Shown here in pieces: positions 19,217-29,900 of a stretch of 64,000 bases of DNA. The stretch spans positions 1 to 64,000 of IMG/VR virus record IMGVR_UViG_3300032227_001336; one strand, 5' to 3'. A program made the translations under genes and the position numbers. The stretch comes from a virus (Duplodnaviria > Caudoviricetes). Numbering within the stretch: the first letter of the stretch is position 1; each line of letters opens with the position of its first letter. The notes below the pieces were generated by a model, which was given only the letters and a program-made list of their open reading frames with translations, was not told the DNA's origin and did not search any database.

Positions 19217-19251
19217 AAAAAATAACCCCCGCAGAACGCGAGGGTTATTTT
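19217..19251 (-). terminator. intrinsic terminator after tail tube gene
   Basis: AATAACCCCCGC/GCGAGGGTTATT hairpin; the single mismatch is a G-U pair on the minus strand; U-tract follows. Confidence 0.85.
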
Positions 19252-19273
19252 AATTTAATAATTTAATTATTTA

Positions 19274-20389
19274 TTAATATAAGCCACTAATAAACAAGCC
19301 ATTAACTGTGTCTTGCGGTCCACCAACTTGTGAACTAAAGTTCAATGTAACGGATTTGTTTGAGCCGATATCAGAACTAAATTCTTGACTATCTAATTTA
19401 GCTCTTCTTAGATCAAATTGAGCGACTGTTACATTTGAGTCTAGTGGGCTCTTGATAGTAATAATTGGATTATAGAAGGTTGAACTATCATTAACTACTA
19501 AATTTTGTAGTGTTCCAGTTGAGATATCTGTTACTTGTGCGTCTACGCTCAAATTAACAGTAAGTGGGAAGTCGATTTCACGAGCAAATGCGAATTTACT
19601 TCCTAATCTTTCAATTGGAGTACGAGCTAAGTCAAAGTTTAGTGTGTAGCTTTGAATGTTGAATGTTGAACTATCTGCTCCTGGAGTTGTTGGCAAGCTT
19701 AAAGTAATATCTCCTGGGCGAAGAGCACTAATTCCAGTTGCATTTGCTCCAGTAGCACTATACTGAGCAGCAACATCTAGAGCGTAGTACTTATCGGTAA
19801 CAGCTGTTCCAAGACTAGGATTGATAGCTGGAATATAATTTCCAGTTGTTCCTTGTTGGAATGTCATATTTAAACCTTCAACATTAATTGTTGTGGTTGG
19901 GAAATTGCCAACGCTCGCTTCGGTTGAGTAAGAGGTCATGAAGCCGTTTCCAACTCCAATTACTCCGATGGTTGAACCTGTAGCTGTATTTCCAACTGCA
20001 TCTGTTCCTTCTGGAGTTGTTTTGATAAAATAATTTTTCTCGTCTTGAGTCTTATTTAAAATTCCAGATATAGCAGAAACTGCTGCGGTTGAACCGTTTG
20101 TTGATACAGTGAGTCCTAATTCTTTTTCATTAGCTAAATTAGCTAGGATGTAACTAAAATCAAGAGCTACAGTTGGTGATGTTAAAATAACACGATCAAT
20201 TGCTGCCAATTGACCAAATTGATTAACATCTGTGCGGTCTACTGTAAAGCTATAATTAGCTGTTTGTACTCTTTGAAGTTGTTGAACTAGATTATCTCCA
20301 CTATTTCCTAAACTAAAGTGGTTTCCTGTTGCTGGGGAAGGTCCAACGTAAAGAGCTTCTGATTGATAAATTATACGATTTCTTGCCAT
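19274..20389 (-). CDS. major tail tube protein
   Basis: Ser/Thr/Gly-rich beta protein between tail completion genes and chaperones; GGAG RBS, own motif at 20414-20420, terminator after it. Confidence 0.8.
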   Translation of the reverse strand: MARNRIIYQSEALYVGPSPATGNHFSLGNSGDNLVQQLQRVQTANYSFTVDRTDVNQFGQLAAIDRVILTSPTVALDFSYILANLANEKELGLTVSTNGSTAAVSAISGILNKTQDEKNYFIKTTPEGTDAVGNTATGSTIGVIGVGNGFMTSYSTEASVGNFPTTTINVEGLNMTFQQGTTGNYIPAINPSLGTAVTDKYYALDVAAQYSATGANATGISALRPGDITLSLPTTPGADSSTFNIQSYTLNFDLARTPIERLGSKFAFAREIDFPLTVNLSVDAQVTDISTGTLQNLVVNDSSTFYNPIITIKSPLDSNVTVAQFDLRRAKLDSQEFSSDIGSNKSVTLNFSSQVGGPQDTVNGLFISGLY

Positions 20390-20446
20390 ATTATTGTTTC
20401 TCCATTTTCTGTTATTACACCTATTTTTTAACTTTTTTTCTAATTT

Positions 20447-21310
20447 TTATTGATTTGGATATCTATTTTTACCTAGTTCAAAATCAACAAAAGCTGAATA
20501 TACGTTACGATTTAGGCTGTTTGTAGCATTTAATAATTTAGTATCAGTTTTAGTAACATTAACTTCGTTAATATATACATATTCACTATCTACTACTTTA
20601 TTTTTTGTTAAATTAATATAATTAAATGAACTACCAGTTACTGACCCTAAAGAGTTAAATGGCATTTCGTTTGGATATATTAATGGTATTAATTGGCGAC
20701 TTGTATCTCTCATTATACTTGTAACAGCATCTAAGTTGAATACGCTATCTGCTAATATTACTGCTCTTACAAAACTAATGGTTTGATCAAAACCACCGAA
20801 AGCTAAAGGTTTATTTTTACCACCCTGATATTTTAAATATATAACAGGATAAGTTTCTGCTCCTATAGGTAAACCTGTAGGATTTTGGTATGTTTTAGGA
20901 TTTATTTGATATTGAGTTTCAAATAATAAACTTTCTTCAGTTTTACTAGTTAAATATATATTAAAATCTTTAACAGCATAATTTCCACTTAAAGCTGTTG
21001 TAGGATTAGATATTGGTGAAGTAAAATATAATTGACCATTTGCAGCATCAATTCCGCTTAATGTTCCTTGGCCTGGAATAGTGAAAACTCCACTTACATA
21101 AACTCCGCTTATAATATTTGCCCCAGTTATAGAACTATCAATTACCATTTGCTTGAATGGAGCACCATAAGTATAATATCCATAATACATATTAGGAAGT
21201 GGATAAAATGTACTTTGATAATTTGCATAAGCTTCACCTTTTGTCATTATTTTATTATCTAACCAAAGTAAAATGCTTGTCATTATGATATTATCAAATT
21301 GTGGTAGCAT
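20447..21310 (-). CDS. putative tail terminator / completion protein
   Basis: Position directly upstream of tube; TYPVIYL..PLAFGG pattern. Confidence 0.55.
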   Translation of the reverse strand: MLPQFDNIIMTSILLWLDNKIMTKGEAYANYQSTFYPLPNMYYGYYTYGAPFKQMVIDSSITGANIISGVYVSGVFTIPGQGTLSGIDAANGQLYFTSPISNPTTALSGNYAVKDFNIYLTSKTEESLLFETQYQINPKTYQNPTGLPIGAETYPVIYLKYQGGKNKPLAFGGFDQTISFVRAVILADSVFNLDAVTSIMRDTSRQLIPLIYPNEMPFNSLGSVTGSSFNYINLTKNKVVDSEYVYINEVNVTKTDTKLLNATNSLNRNVYSAFVDFELGKNRYPNQ

Positions 21311-21311
21311 A

Positions 21312-21902
21312 TTATCTTAAACTCCTTATAAAATTTTGATATAATTCAGATATATATTTTACTGGTTTATAAGTTATACTTCTAACTTTATTTTTTGATT
21401 GAATAGCTTTTCCAGATCTACTATTGGGAAATAATAATCCATAAACATAATATCCAAATCCAGGAATACCATCTTCTATACCTTTGACCCAACTTCTACC
21501 ACCTTCAAAAGGTAGTGGAGTTTTAGTTTTAATTTCGTCTGGAGATGGAGTGAAAACATTAAATTTTAATTGAAGATTTCTGGTGTCAAATGTTGATTTT
21601 TTATCTAAAAAAGTATTTTGTTTTACTAAGTCTTTTAGATCTTCTATAGGTTTTGATTCTGCTTCAAATCCAATGAATGCGAATAAATTTTCAACTCCAT
21701 TTAAAGTACGACTTAAATTTTCTCCTTCTGGACCCTGAGAAAGCTCTTGAGAAACTGGATGTTGATCGATTTGTTCGATATAATCATTAAGATTTTCATT
21801 TAAAATTTGTTTGGCTAAATTTGTAGCTTCTTTCTTGAGAGAAGATTGGTATGCTTCGCTTAATTCTGATTTAACCTTATTAAAATTAATTTTAGTTGCC
21901 AT
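21312..21902 (-). CDS. putative neck / tail completion protein
   Basis: Synteny within head-tail joining cluster. Confidence 0.5.
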   Translation of the reverse strand: MATKINFNKVKSELSEAYQSSLKKEATNLAKQILNENLNDYIEQIDQHPVSQELSQGPEGENLSRTLNGVENLFAFIGFEAESKPIEDLKDLVKQNTFLDKKSTFDTRNLQLKFNVFTPSPDEIKTKTPLPFEGGRSWVKGIEDGIPGFGYYVYGLLFPNSRSGKAIQSKNKVRSITYKPVKYISELYQNFIRSLR

Positions 21903-22342
21903 TATTTTGTTTGTTCTAATCCATAAACATAATACGAATTAGTTAAATATTTTTTGACTATATCTTCTGTTATTACATTCCATGTTTTTCCATCAAATTC
22001 AAGTTTTATAGTTTTACCATTATTAATAAAATCTCTTGCATCTTGTCTAACTTTTAAAGTAACATCGCCACGAGCGAATACTAATTTTAAATCACTATTT
22101 ACAGCATCAATATCCCTTGAATTATTATAATATATTCTTCCATTAAAAGTTCCAGTAACGGGTTGATATGTATAATTTACTGCATCTGATGCTTGACCAT
22201 AACCATACATAGGAACACTATCTAATTGTTGAATAATTTTTATTGGTTCTTTATGAACTACAAAAGGTCTTGAAAAATAAGTAAAAAAATTATCGTATTC
22301 TTGAGCAAATCCATCAACTATTGAGGAGTCTATATAGCTCAT
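21902..22342 (-). CDS. putative head-tail stopper (head closure) protein
   Basis: 146 aa, beta-rich, LEFDGKTWNV motif; synteny. Confidence 0.55.
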   Translation of the reverse strand: MSYIDSSIVDGFAQEYDNFFTYFSRPFVVHKEPIKIIQQLDSVPMYGYGQASDAVNYTYQPVTGTFNGRIYYNNSRDIDAVNSDLKLVFARGDVTLKVRQDARDFINNGKTIKLEFDGKTWNVITEDIVKKYLTNSYYVYGLEQTK

Positions 22343-22347
22343 AATTA

Positions 22348-22857
22348 TTATCCATTATAACTGGTTCTTATATTATATAATGCATCTCTATAAAAATAAT
22401 CATAATAGCCAGGAATTGTATCATCTCCAGCAACTTGCAAAGGACTAACTTCATTAAGTTCGTATTTATCAACTAAATCTTTTAATTCTTTATATTCTTG
22501 TTGTCTTATTTGATAGAAATTTCTCAAAACTTCATTTTTGTTTAATTTTTGGACGCTAGCGATATCATCTTTGATTACAGTATAATCATTAATCGCTAAA
22601 CTTCCAGTACTTTTAATTTTAAGGTCAAAAAAGTATACAGAATACATTTTCTTAAAAATATACTTTTCAACATCAGAAAGATTGGGGGATATTTCATATG
22701 TTTCATCATTTATAGAAAATGATTTATTTATCATATTGCTCAAACCACCTATATTTCTTCTTACCCAAGCGGCGATAGCTGCTATACTAAAATCAGAAGG
22801 TTCGCCCATTTCTTCATATATTTCTTGCGCAATAGATGCAACTGTATTTATTATCAT
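22348..22857 (-). CDS. putative head-tail adaptor protein
   Basis: Start moved from 22932 to ATG 22857 (MIINTVASIA) because GTGTAAT lies 9 nt upstream and overlap with the previous gene is removed. Confidence 0.55.
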   Translation of the reverse strand: MIINTVASIAQEIYEEMGEPSDFSIAAIAAWVRRNIGGLSNMINKSFSINDETYEISPNLSDVEKYIFKKMYSVYFFDLKIKSTGSLAINDYTVIKDDIASVQKLNKNEVLRNFYQIRQQEYKELKDLVDKYELNEVSPLQVAGDDTIPGYYDYFYRDALYNIRTSYNG

Positions 22858-22895
22858 ATAATACAAATTACACCTTAGAATATTTTTTTTATCTA

Positions 22896-25772
22896 TTAAT
22901 AATATACTGGAATAAATCCACCTGGAGCCCAATTGAAACCGTCTAGTGGAGTAGATATATTTATATATCTCATTCTTCTGCTGCTAACCATTGGCTCAAG
23001 ATTTGGTATATTTTCTATTGTAACTTGAGGTAATGAATTAATTGATCGTAAGCTAGAGACTAAAGCTGGATTAAAAGTTGTCCAACTTCCAGAACTATAC
23101 CAATTAGACAGTGGAATTGTGTCAGGAGCAATTGTTTGTCCTGATTGATAATTATTTAATAATAATATTTTATATTGACTTGGATTTTGACCAAGCGCTC
23201 CTGTATAGAGCGTCCAAATTCCTCTACTATCCGAAGTGTTTTTAACTGCATTATAAGATATAACAGAAAAATTATTGCCTTGGAATCTTGCATAAAAATA
23301 ATAATATGGATTATCTACAATATTATCTATACTCATTGCTCGTAATAATTCAGCTTCTCCAGAATTAGCATAGGAATAAGATGGAGGGTATGAAAGAGAT
23401 ACTTGTCTACTTGTTGCTCTTTGAAATCCAAATTCTAAACCACCTCTTTTAAGAATTCCAACGTATAAATCGTATGTTCCAGTAACTATTGTTCTTCCGT
23501 AATCCCCTCTTCCAAGCGTATTAGGAACTTGAATTGTTGAAGGTATTTTAATTGGACTATACATCTGATCATAATCTTGCCCATTAGAATCGAGGACTTC
23601 TCTATTTAAAGAATAGATAAGTTCCCCATTTAAACCAGTTCTTTCAAGTGTTGTTGTTGAAAAATGCCAAGATTGATTTGTAATATAGCCTAATGCTTTT
23701 TGATTATCTATATTCGCTAAATTAAATGGTTGACTTGCTGATCCAGTAAATATAGTTGATCCACTTAAATATATATTGTTTGCTCTTAAACTTTTAGATC
23801 CTAAATTTAAACCACCCGAATTAAATGTAAAACTATTTGTTCCTAGTTGAACTTTTAATGTATTTGATTCATTATTAAATACGTTTCCATTACCTAAAGC
23901 TACATTATTACAGCTATTTGTAAATGTATTTGATAATCCTAAAGAAGAATTAATAATTGAGTTGCATGATATATTATTATTTCCAAGAATAACAGAGCTG
24001 CTTGCGTTATTAAGACAATTTGTATTTCCTATGGATATATTACTATTGCCAGTTCCAAGAACCGTCGTAAAGTTTCCTAAAATTAAATCATTTGAACCAC
24101 AGGAATTGTTGCTACCACCAATCGAAATAGAATTTGCAGAACCTGAAGCGTTTGGTAATGATTTACTATTATTTCCAATTAATATAGAACGATTAATATA
24201 ATTACAACTATTATTACCAACTAAAACATTTTGTTGTAAAATTGAGTTTGAATCTGGAATTATATTAGTTCCATCTAATGTATAATTACCATTTCCAAGA
24301 GTATTCGAATTTCCAACGAGTACAGAATTTTTTGTATTAAAGAATGTATTTAAATTACCTAAAGAAATAGATGTATTTAAAGTTTTATTTATATTACTAT
24401 TTCCTACAATAGTAACTCCACTTATAGATCTATTTGAAATATTATTTCCAAGCGAATTCACATTTGAAGAGATTGCCATTTCATTATTTTGTCCAACATT
24501 ATTAATTGATTTTAATCCGCTAGTAAAATAATTATCTGTACCAAAAGAGTTGATATCAGAAATAATATTTTTTGCATCTACTAATGTATTTGTATTTCCA
24601 GCAACATTTATATTGTTAAAACTATTAGAGAAAATTGTGTTTCCTTTGCCAATTAAATTAACATTAGAGCCAGTGCTATTGCTCATTAATTGTCCAACTC
24701 TATCTTGATTTATACTGTTATCTCTACCTACTATCATACTAGTTTCTATAGATGTTACTCCAGTGCTTACTGTATTAGTTGCTCCTAAATAAATTGAAGA
24801 GTTTGAGTTATTGAGAGTTGTAGCGTTTCCAATTACTATATTGCCAGTAGATGAATTTATTATTGAATCTGATCCTACTAATAAAACATCAGATCCAGTG
24901 CTTATTATTGAAGAATTACCAAGTAGAACTATTTTATCACTATTAAAAATAGTATTTAAATTACCATTAACTATTGAATAAATTGATGGACTATTTATAT
25001 TTCCACTGTTAAATAATGCATTACTTGCACCAAAAACATAGTTGTTTTGTTGATATAAACCACCTACTCCAGTATAATCAGAGTCTATATAGTTAAATTG
25101 TCCAATTGAAACATTTGGCCCCGCAAACGTACCATTTGCTATTGCTCCAGTAGGACTACTAGATCTAATTTCAATTCCAACAGGATAGAGTGCGTTTTCA
25201 ATTTTAATGTAAGCTTCTTGATTGTCTGATCTAAATAATAAATTTCCATTGATATTTACTTTTTCTGCAGTTACTCCTTGATCTATTCTTCCAAAATTTA
25301 TATAATCATCATAACCTACAGCAAATGTTCCACTATTATATAATTTATTTATTTTACCATTTAAATCTAACGGTAGAATTTGAGCTTTAAAAAAACAAGT
25401 ACTAGGGAAAACTGCTCGATTTATACTCAACCCAGTAGAATTAACTTGAAGTCCTTCAAATCCAGTATATTTTGAAAATGATCCAGTTTGAGTTCTGCCA
25501 GTCATTAATAACCAGTATTGATTTTGATAATGATACTTTAAATCGTTTATATCATTAAAGACTAACCCTACATTAAGTCCAGTTCCATAAGCAATTCTTA
25601 AAGTGTCGCCACTTGGTATGAAAAAAATATCATCATATAGCCCAGTTCTTACAGAAGATGGAGTTACTATGCTTGAAGTATATAAATTTGGAACTATTCC
25701 TGTACCTTGAAAAATTTCAAAGACCCCCGAATTTAATCGTAAATTACCCTGTAAATTGCTAATAGTTGGCAT
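22896..25772 (-). CDS. fibre/adhesin-like virion protein with YadA-type beta-roll repeats
   Basis: Long run of ~14-16 aa (S/N)xxxGxxN repeats; 958 aa. Confidence 0.7.
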   Translation of the reverse strand: MPTISNLQGNLRLNSGVFEIFQGTGIVPNLYTSSIVTPSSVRTGLYDDIFFIPSGDTLRIAYGTGLNVGLVFNDINDLKYHYQNQYWLLMTGRTQTGSFSKYTGFEGLQVNSTGLSINRAVFPSTCFFKAQILPLDLNGKINKLYNSGTFAVGYDDYINFGRIDQGVTAEKVNINGNLLFRSDNQEAYIKIENALYPVGIEIRSSSPTGAIANGTFAGPNVSIGQFNYIDSDYTGVGGLYQQNNYVFGASNALFNSGNINSPSIYSIVNGNLNTIFNSDKIVLLGNSSIISTGSDVLLVGSDSIINSSTGNIVIGNATTLNNSNSSIYLGATNTVSTGVTSIETSMIVGRDNSINQDRVGQLMSNSTGSNVNLIGKGNTIFSNSFNNINVAGNTNTLVDAKNIISDINSFGTDNYFTSGLKSINNVGQNNEMAISSNVNSLGNNISNRSISGVTIVGNSNINKTLNTSISLGNLNTFFNTKNSVLVGNSNTLGNGNYTLDGTNIIPDSNSILQQNVLVGNNSCNYINRSILIGNNSKSLPNASGSANSISIGGSNNSCGSNDLILGNFTTVLGTGNSNISIGNTNCLNNASSSVILGNNNISCNSIINSSLGLSNTFTNSCNNVALGNGNVFNNESNTLKVQLGTNSFTFNSGGLNLGSKSLRANNIYLSGSTIFTGSASQPFNLANIDNQKALGYITNQSWHFSTTTLERTGLNGELIYSLNREVLDSNGQDYDQMYSPIKIPSTIQVPNTLGRGDYGRTIVTGTYDLYVGILKRGGLEFGFQRATSRQVSLSYPPSYSYANSGEAELLRAMSIDNIVDNPYYYFYARFQGNNFSVISYNAVKNTSDSRGIWTLYTGALGQNPSQYKILLLNNYQSGQTIAPDTIPLSNWYSSGSWTTFNPALVSSLRSINSLPQVTIENIPNLEPMVSSRRMRYINISTPLDGFNWAPGGFIPVYY

Positions 25773-25791
25773 ATATAATTATATACACAAA

Positions 25792-26661
25792 TTACACCAA
25801 ATTTTTAATTAATAAATCTTTATTATAGATCTTGTTGATATCTATATCGCATTGATGAGGTAAACCTACGAATTCTTTCTCTAGTATAATTCCATCTATT
25901 TTATGGGTAAAAACTCTTGATTCTTCTAATGGTCCAAGATTATTATGTATATTATATCCTAATTTTTCTGGTGAAGTAGCTACCCAACATACCGTCGATG
26001 GAAGCATAAGAGCTGCAGCAGCATGTTGGGCAAATGAATCAATTAAAAGTCTTTTATTTGTTAATGTTAAAAAACAAAATATTTCTCGCCAATTAGCATT
26101 TAATTTTTCTGTATCTTTTAGAGTCATTTGATCATCTCTTCTTAAATGAAAAATATGATACTTTCCTTTAAGTTCGTCAACAACTTCTTGAACTATATCT
26201 GTATTTAAATCTCTAGCCCAATTATAGTTAGATTGATTTTCTGCTCCTCCATTAGTTTGTAAAGCTAATATTGGTTTATTTCTATTATATTTTTTATATG
26301 CATCAATTAATTCTATTTGAGTTAAAAATAATCTAGGATTTTCACCAGTATATTTTAGTCCAAACATATTGCACCAAGATTCAATTAAATGTTTGCCAGT
26401 AGTAACATATTCATTACTTTGATAAACTTCGTTTCCTAAAAATATAACATCTTTATTTTTAATAAAATCTTCATAAAAATACTGGGCAGTATTTGATCTA
26501 TAAACTCTATAAACAAAAGGATTATTTAAAAAAACTTCTGGGTATGGACATATTACTATTAATTTTCTATCTGGATAATTTTTATTTATATTCTCTGCTA
26601 CCGCAGTAGCTGCGATATGTTTGCCTATACCGCCCTGAAGAAAGAAAATTACTGTTTTCAA
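25792..26661 (-). CDS. glycosyltransferase, GT9 (heptosyltransferase)-like GT-B fold
   Basis: GGIGKHIAAT..YPDRKL..FLNNPFV and IDSFAQHAAAAL; probable TTG start at 26661 (ORF track start 26691). Confidence 0.7.
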   Translation of the reverse strand: MKTVIFFLQGGIGKHIAATAVAENINKNYPDRKLIVICPYPEVFLNNPFVYRVYRSNTAQYFYEDFIKNKDVIFLGNEVYQSNEYVTTGKHLIESWCNMFGLKYTGENPRLFLTQIELIDAYKKYNRNKPILALQTNGGAENQSNYNWARDLNTDIVQEVVDELKGKYHIFHLRRDDQMTLKDTEKLNANWREIFCFLTLTNKRLLIDSFAQHAAAALMLPSTVCWVATSPEKLGYNIHNNLGPLEESRVFTHKIDGIILEKEFVGLPHQCDIDINKIYNKDLLIKNLV

Positions 26662-26722
26662 TTTATTTATTATATTATAATACCATAACAATATCTATTA
26701 ATTGTTACTCAAAAATATAATA

Positions 26723-26962
26723 TTAATATAATTTATTTTTAATATGATTTACTGTTTCTATAAAAGTATCTATGCGAATTTCACTTATACCATTTTCTTC
26801 TATTCTATTAACTAATGTTACGTTACCAATAGGTCTAAGATAAAAGCTTAAATGATATGCGTTTTCAGCATAAGCAACAGTAATATCGTCTTTAATATAA
26901 AAAGCAGGATTATTTTCATTAAATCCAAGAGAAATTAAATGATTTTTGATATTTTCAAGCAT
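26723..26962 (-). CDS. hypothetical protein
   Basis: 79-aa ORF; GTGTAAT 8 nt upstream (26971-26977). Confidence 0.7.
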   Translation of the reverse strand: MLENIKNHLISLGFNENNPAFYIKDDITVAYAENAYHLSFYLRPIGNVTLVNRIEENGISEIRIDTFIETVNHIKNKLY

Positions 26963-26977
26963 ATGTTTATATTACAC

Positions 26978-29900
26978 TTATATAGAAAACAATTTGAAGT
27001 CTTTTTTAAGTACTCCATCTATTCCCATTTTACCTATTGCAATTCTTTCTTCTGGATAAGTATCTAAAAAATCACCATAAAAATAGATATTATCTCCAGA
27101 ATAATTAGCTCCATTAATATATTGCCTCATCCATTGAGTTTCCCCTCCAAATCCTCTTCCATAGAAATTTTCAATATTTGTATTAAGTGTGAAATTTTTA
27201 TTACAAATTGGATCACCATTAGTTTTATTTGTTATAGTTAAAAAAGCATTTTGATTAGTTAATCTGTTCATATTTTCATAACCAAAATCTCTTGTATAAC
27301 GATTAACAACATACAATTTATTATCGTAAACCATAAATTCTTCGCCAGCTCTTCCCTGAAGAGTTTGTCCTCCACCAACATTATCCTGTGCTTCCCAAAC
27401 AGAACCAGCATATCCTCCAAAAGTTTTTATTAATTGACCACCAGTAGCATTAACAAAATGAACACCTCGATTACCAGAATTTTGATATAATTCCCAATGA
27501 TGGCCACAAAATCCAACACCAGTTCCAGGATATACTTTTACATCTTCAACATAATCATAACTTTGAAGGGTGAAATTATTAAACAAATAAGAACTTGGAT
27601 CAGAATAATAAGATTTATTTACGCTAAAATTTGGTATAGCAGTGAAATTACTATAAACAGCTCCATTAGATACATTCACTGCGCACATTCTTAACTTTGA
27701 TGTAACTCCTACTGCAGAAAAATTACCACCAGCATATAAATAATCTCCACTTATATCTATTGCTCTAACTGTACTATTAAAATTAGGATTAAAAGATGCA
27801 TCTAAAGCTCCATCTGAAAGTCTAATTTTTGCACATCGATTTCTTGTCACTCCACTCACAAGAGTAAAGTCACCACCAACGTACATATGACTTCCGCTTA
27901 TTTTCATACAAAGAACTGAATTATTTCCAATATTAGGATTAAAATTTGGATCTAATGTATTTGTACTTAAATTCCATGCTGCTATACGATTTCTTGTTAT
28001 TCCACCTACTGTTGTAAAACTTCCTCCTATATATAACATGTTTCCACTGCTAGCAAACGCCAAGCAACCACCATTCAAATTTGGATCAAAAGATGTTAAA
28101 AATGTATGGGGTTGAGTTTTAACATCCCAACCAGCTATATAATTTCTTGTTGTAGTTGCCGTGCTAGGTGGAGGACTATTTCTAACATTAGTAAAATAAC
28201 CTCCTATAAATACAAGACCACTATCTTGATGAATATGCATAGATTGAACTGTAGAGTTTGGATTTGGAGCCCAACCAGTGTATAATCTTCCATTATTTAA
28301 TTCATAAGCTATACAAGCTCTATCAAGAGGTAAAGTGTCATTTTGCGTTAAATTTGATCCACCTATATAAAGTTTCCCACTATAAATATCCATACAATAT
28401 AAATCATTCATCATTGTTGATCTTGGGTATCTTTGCATTTCGGTTGTATTAAAATCAAAAGCTGTTAATGTATAAGCTTTTCCTGTGCCTAAATCTGCAA
28501 AAGTTCCACCTACTATAATTCCAGATGGATGAACTCTAACTTGAAGGGGATGCCTACTAAATGCTGGATTCCAATTTGTTATACCAGAAGTTGTTAAATT
28601 TATTGCAGCGCCTCTTGGTCTTGGCAAGCCACTTACAGTATGAAATCTACCAACAGCATATAAAATATTATTTGCATCATCAATATCTAAATTATAAATA
28701 ACATCATCAAATGGTATATTTAAATCTGTTATTTGTTTTTTTTGTATATCATAGCAAAATAATCCACTTCTACTTAATCCACTCACTTGAGTAAATCTTC
28801 CACCGACATAAAGAAGATTATCTTTTCTTTTCATTGTACTAACGAGGGAACTATTAGTATAAGCTCTTCCATATCCTTCTTTGTTTATTGGATCAGGAAA
28901 ATCTTGAATTTGCCAATTTAATCCTTCAACGATTGTGTTTGTTCCAGTATTAACTCCTACAAAAAATCTAGTATTAATATCTCCATTTTTTTGAAATTGA
29001 CCACCTATATATACAATATTTCCACTTTTTTCTATACATGTTACAGCACGATCACTATTATAATAATCTAAATTTGGATTAAATGAAGAAGTCGTTTTTC
29101 CACTTATAAGGTCTACGCTCGCAATTCCACCTCTAACTTGTGAATTAGCCCAATCAAAAGTACCACCTAAAAACATAGAGTTAGATCCAGTATCAAGATA
29201 CATAGTATTGACTAAAGCTATATTAACATTAGGATGATAAATTTCAGGGGCCCAATCTGTTATTGAGTTAGTATTTAAATCTATACATGCAGTATTAGAT
29301 CTTTCTTTAAAAATTTTATTATTAGAACTTGAGCATGGACTTGTGTGAGTAAAAAATAATTTATTATCTATAATTCTTTTAATTGATTGGCTTGCTGAAC
29401 CTAAAACTCCTCCCCGATAATGGTCAAGGGTTCCATAAAGATATTTACCACTGATTGTATCAATTATGTTTGTATATCCGTATAATTTTCTTCCACTTAA
29501 AGCTATATCAGTAGATATATTAGGCCAACCATAATTAGCATTTACTACATTATTATTAATACCGCCCCCAGCTTCAATTAATAAAAATTTTCCATCGCCA
29601 AATTCTTTAATCATTTTTCCATTATATCCACATAAGCTTGGAGATCCTCCTCTATCAGGAGCAAATTGACTTATTAAATTTCCACTATCATAATCAAATT
29701 TTGCTATCCAATTATATGGATCTCCAGATCCTTGTGGATTCATTGGCGTAGTTCCACCTAAAATATAAACTCCACTTTTACCAAGCTCTAATTGTCCAAA
29801 TAGATTATTTGCTATGTTAGGGTTCCAAGGTAAAAGATTAAAATTTAAATCACAAGCTGCTGCTCGATTTCTTGTTACTCCATTTACAGTTGTAAAATAT

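Noticed and set aside
22858-22932. Longer ORF-track starts (22932; also 37983, 48574, 26691)
   Set aside because: They overlap upstream genes or the promoter motif/AT-rich spacer; downstream starts fit better
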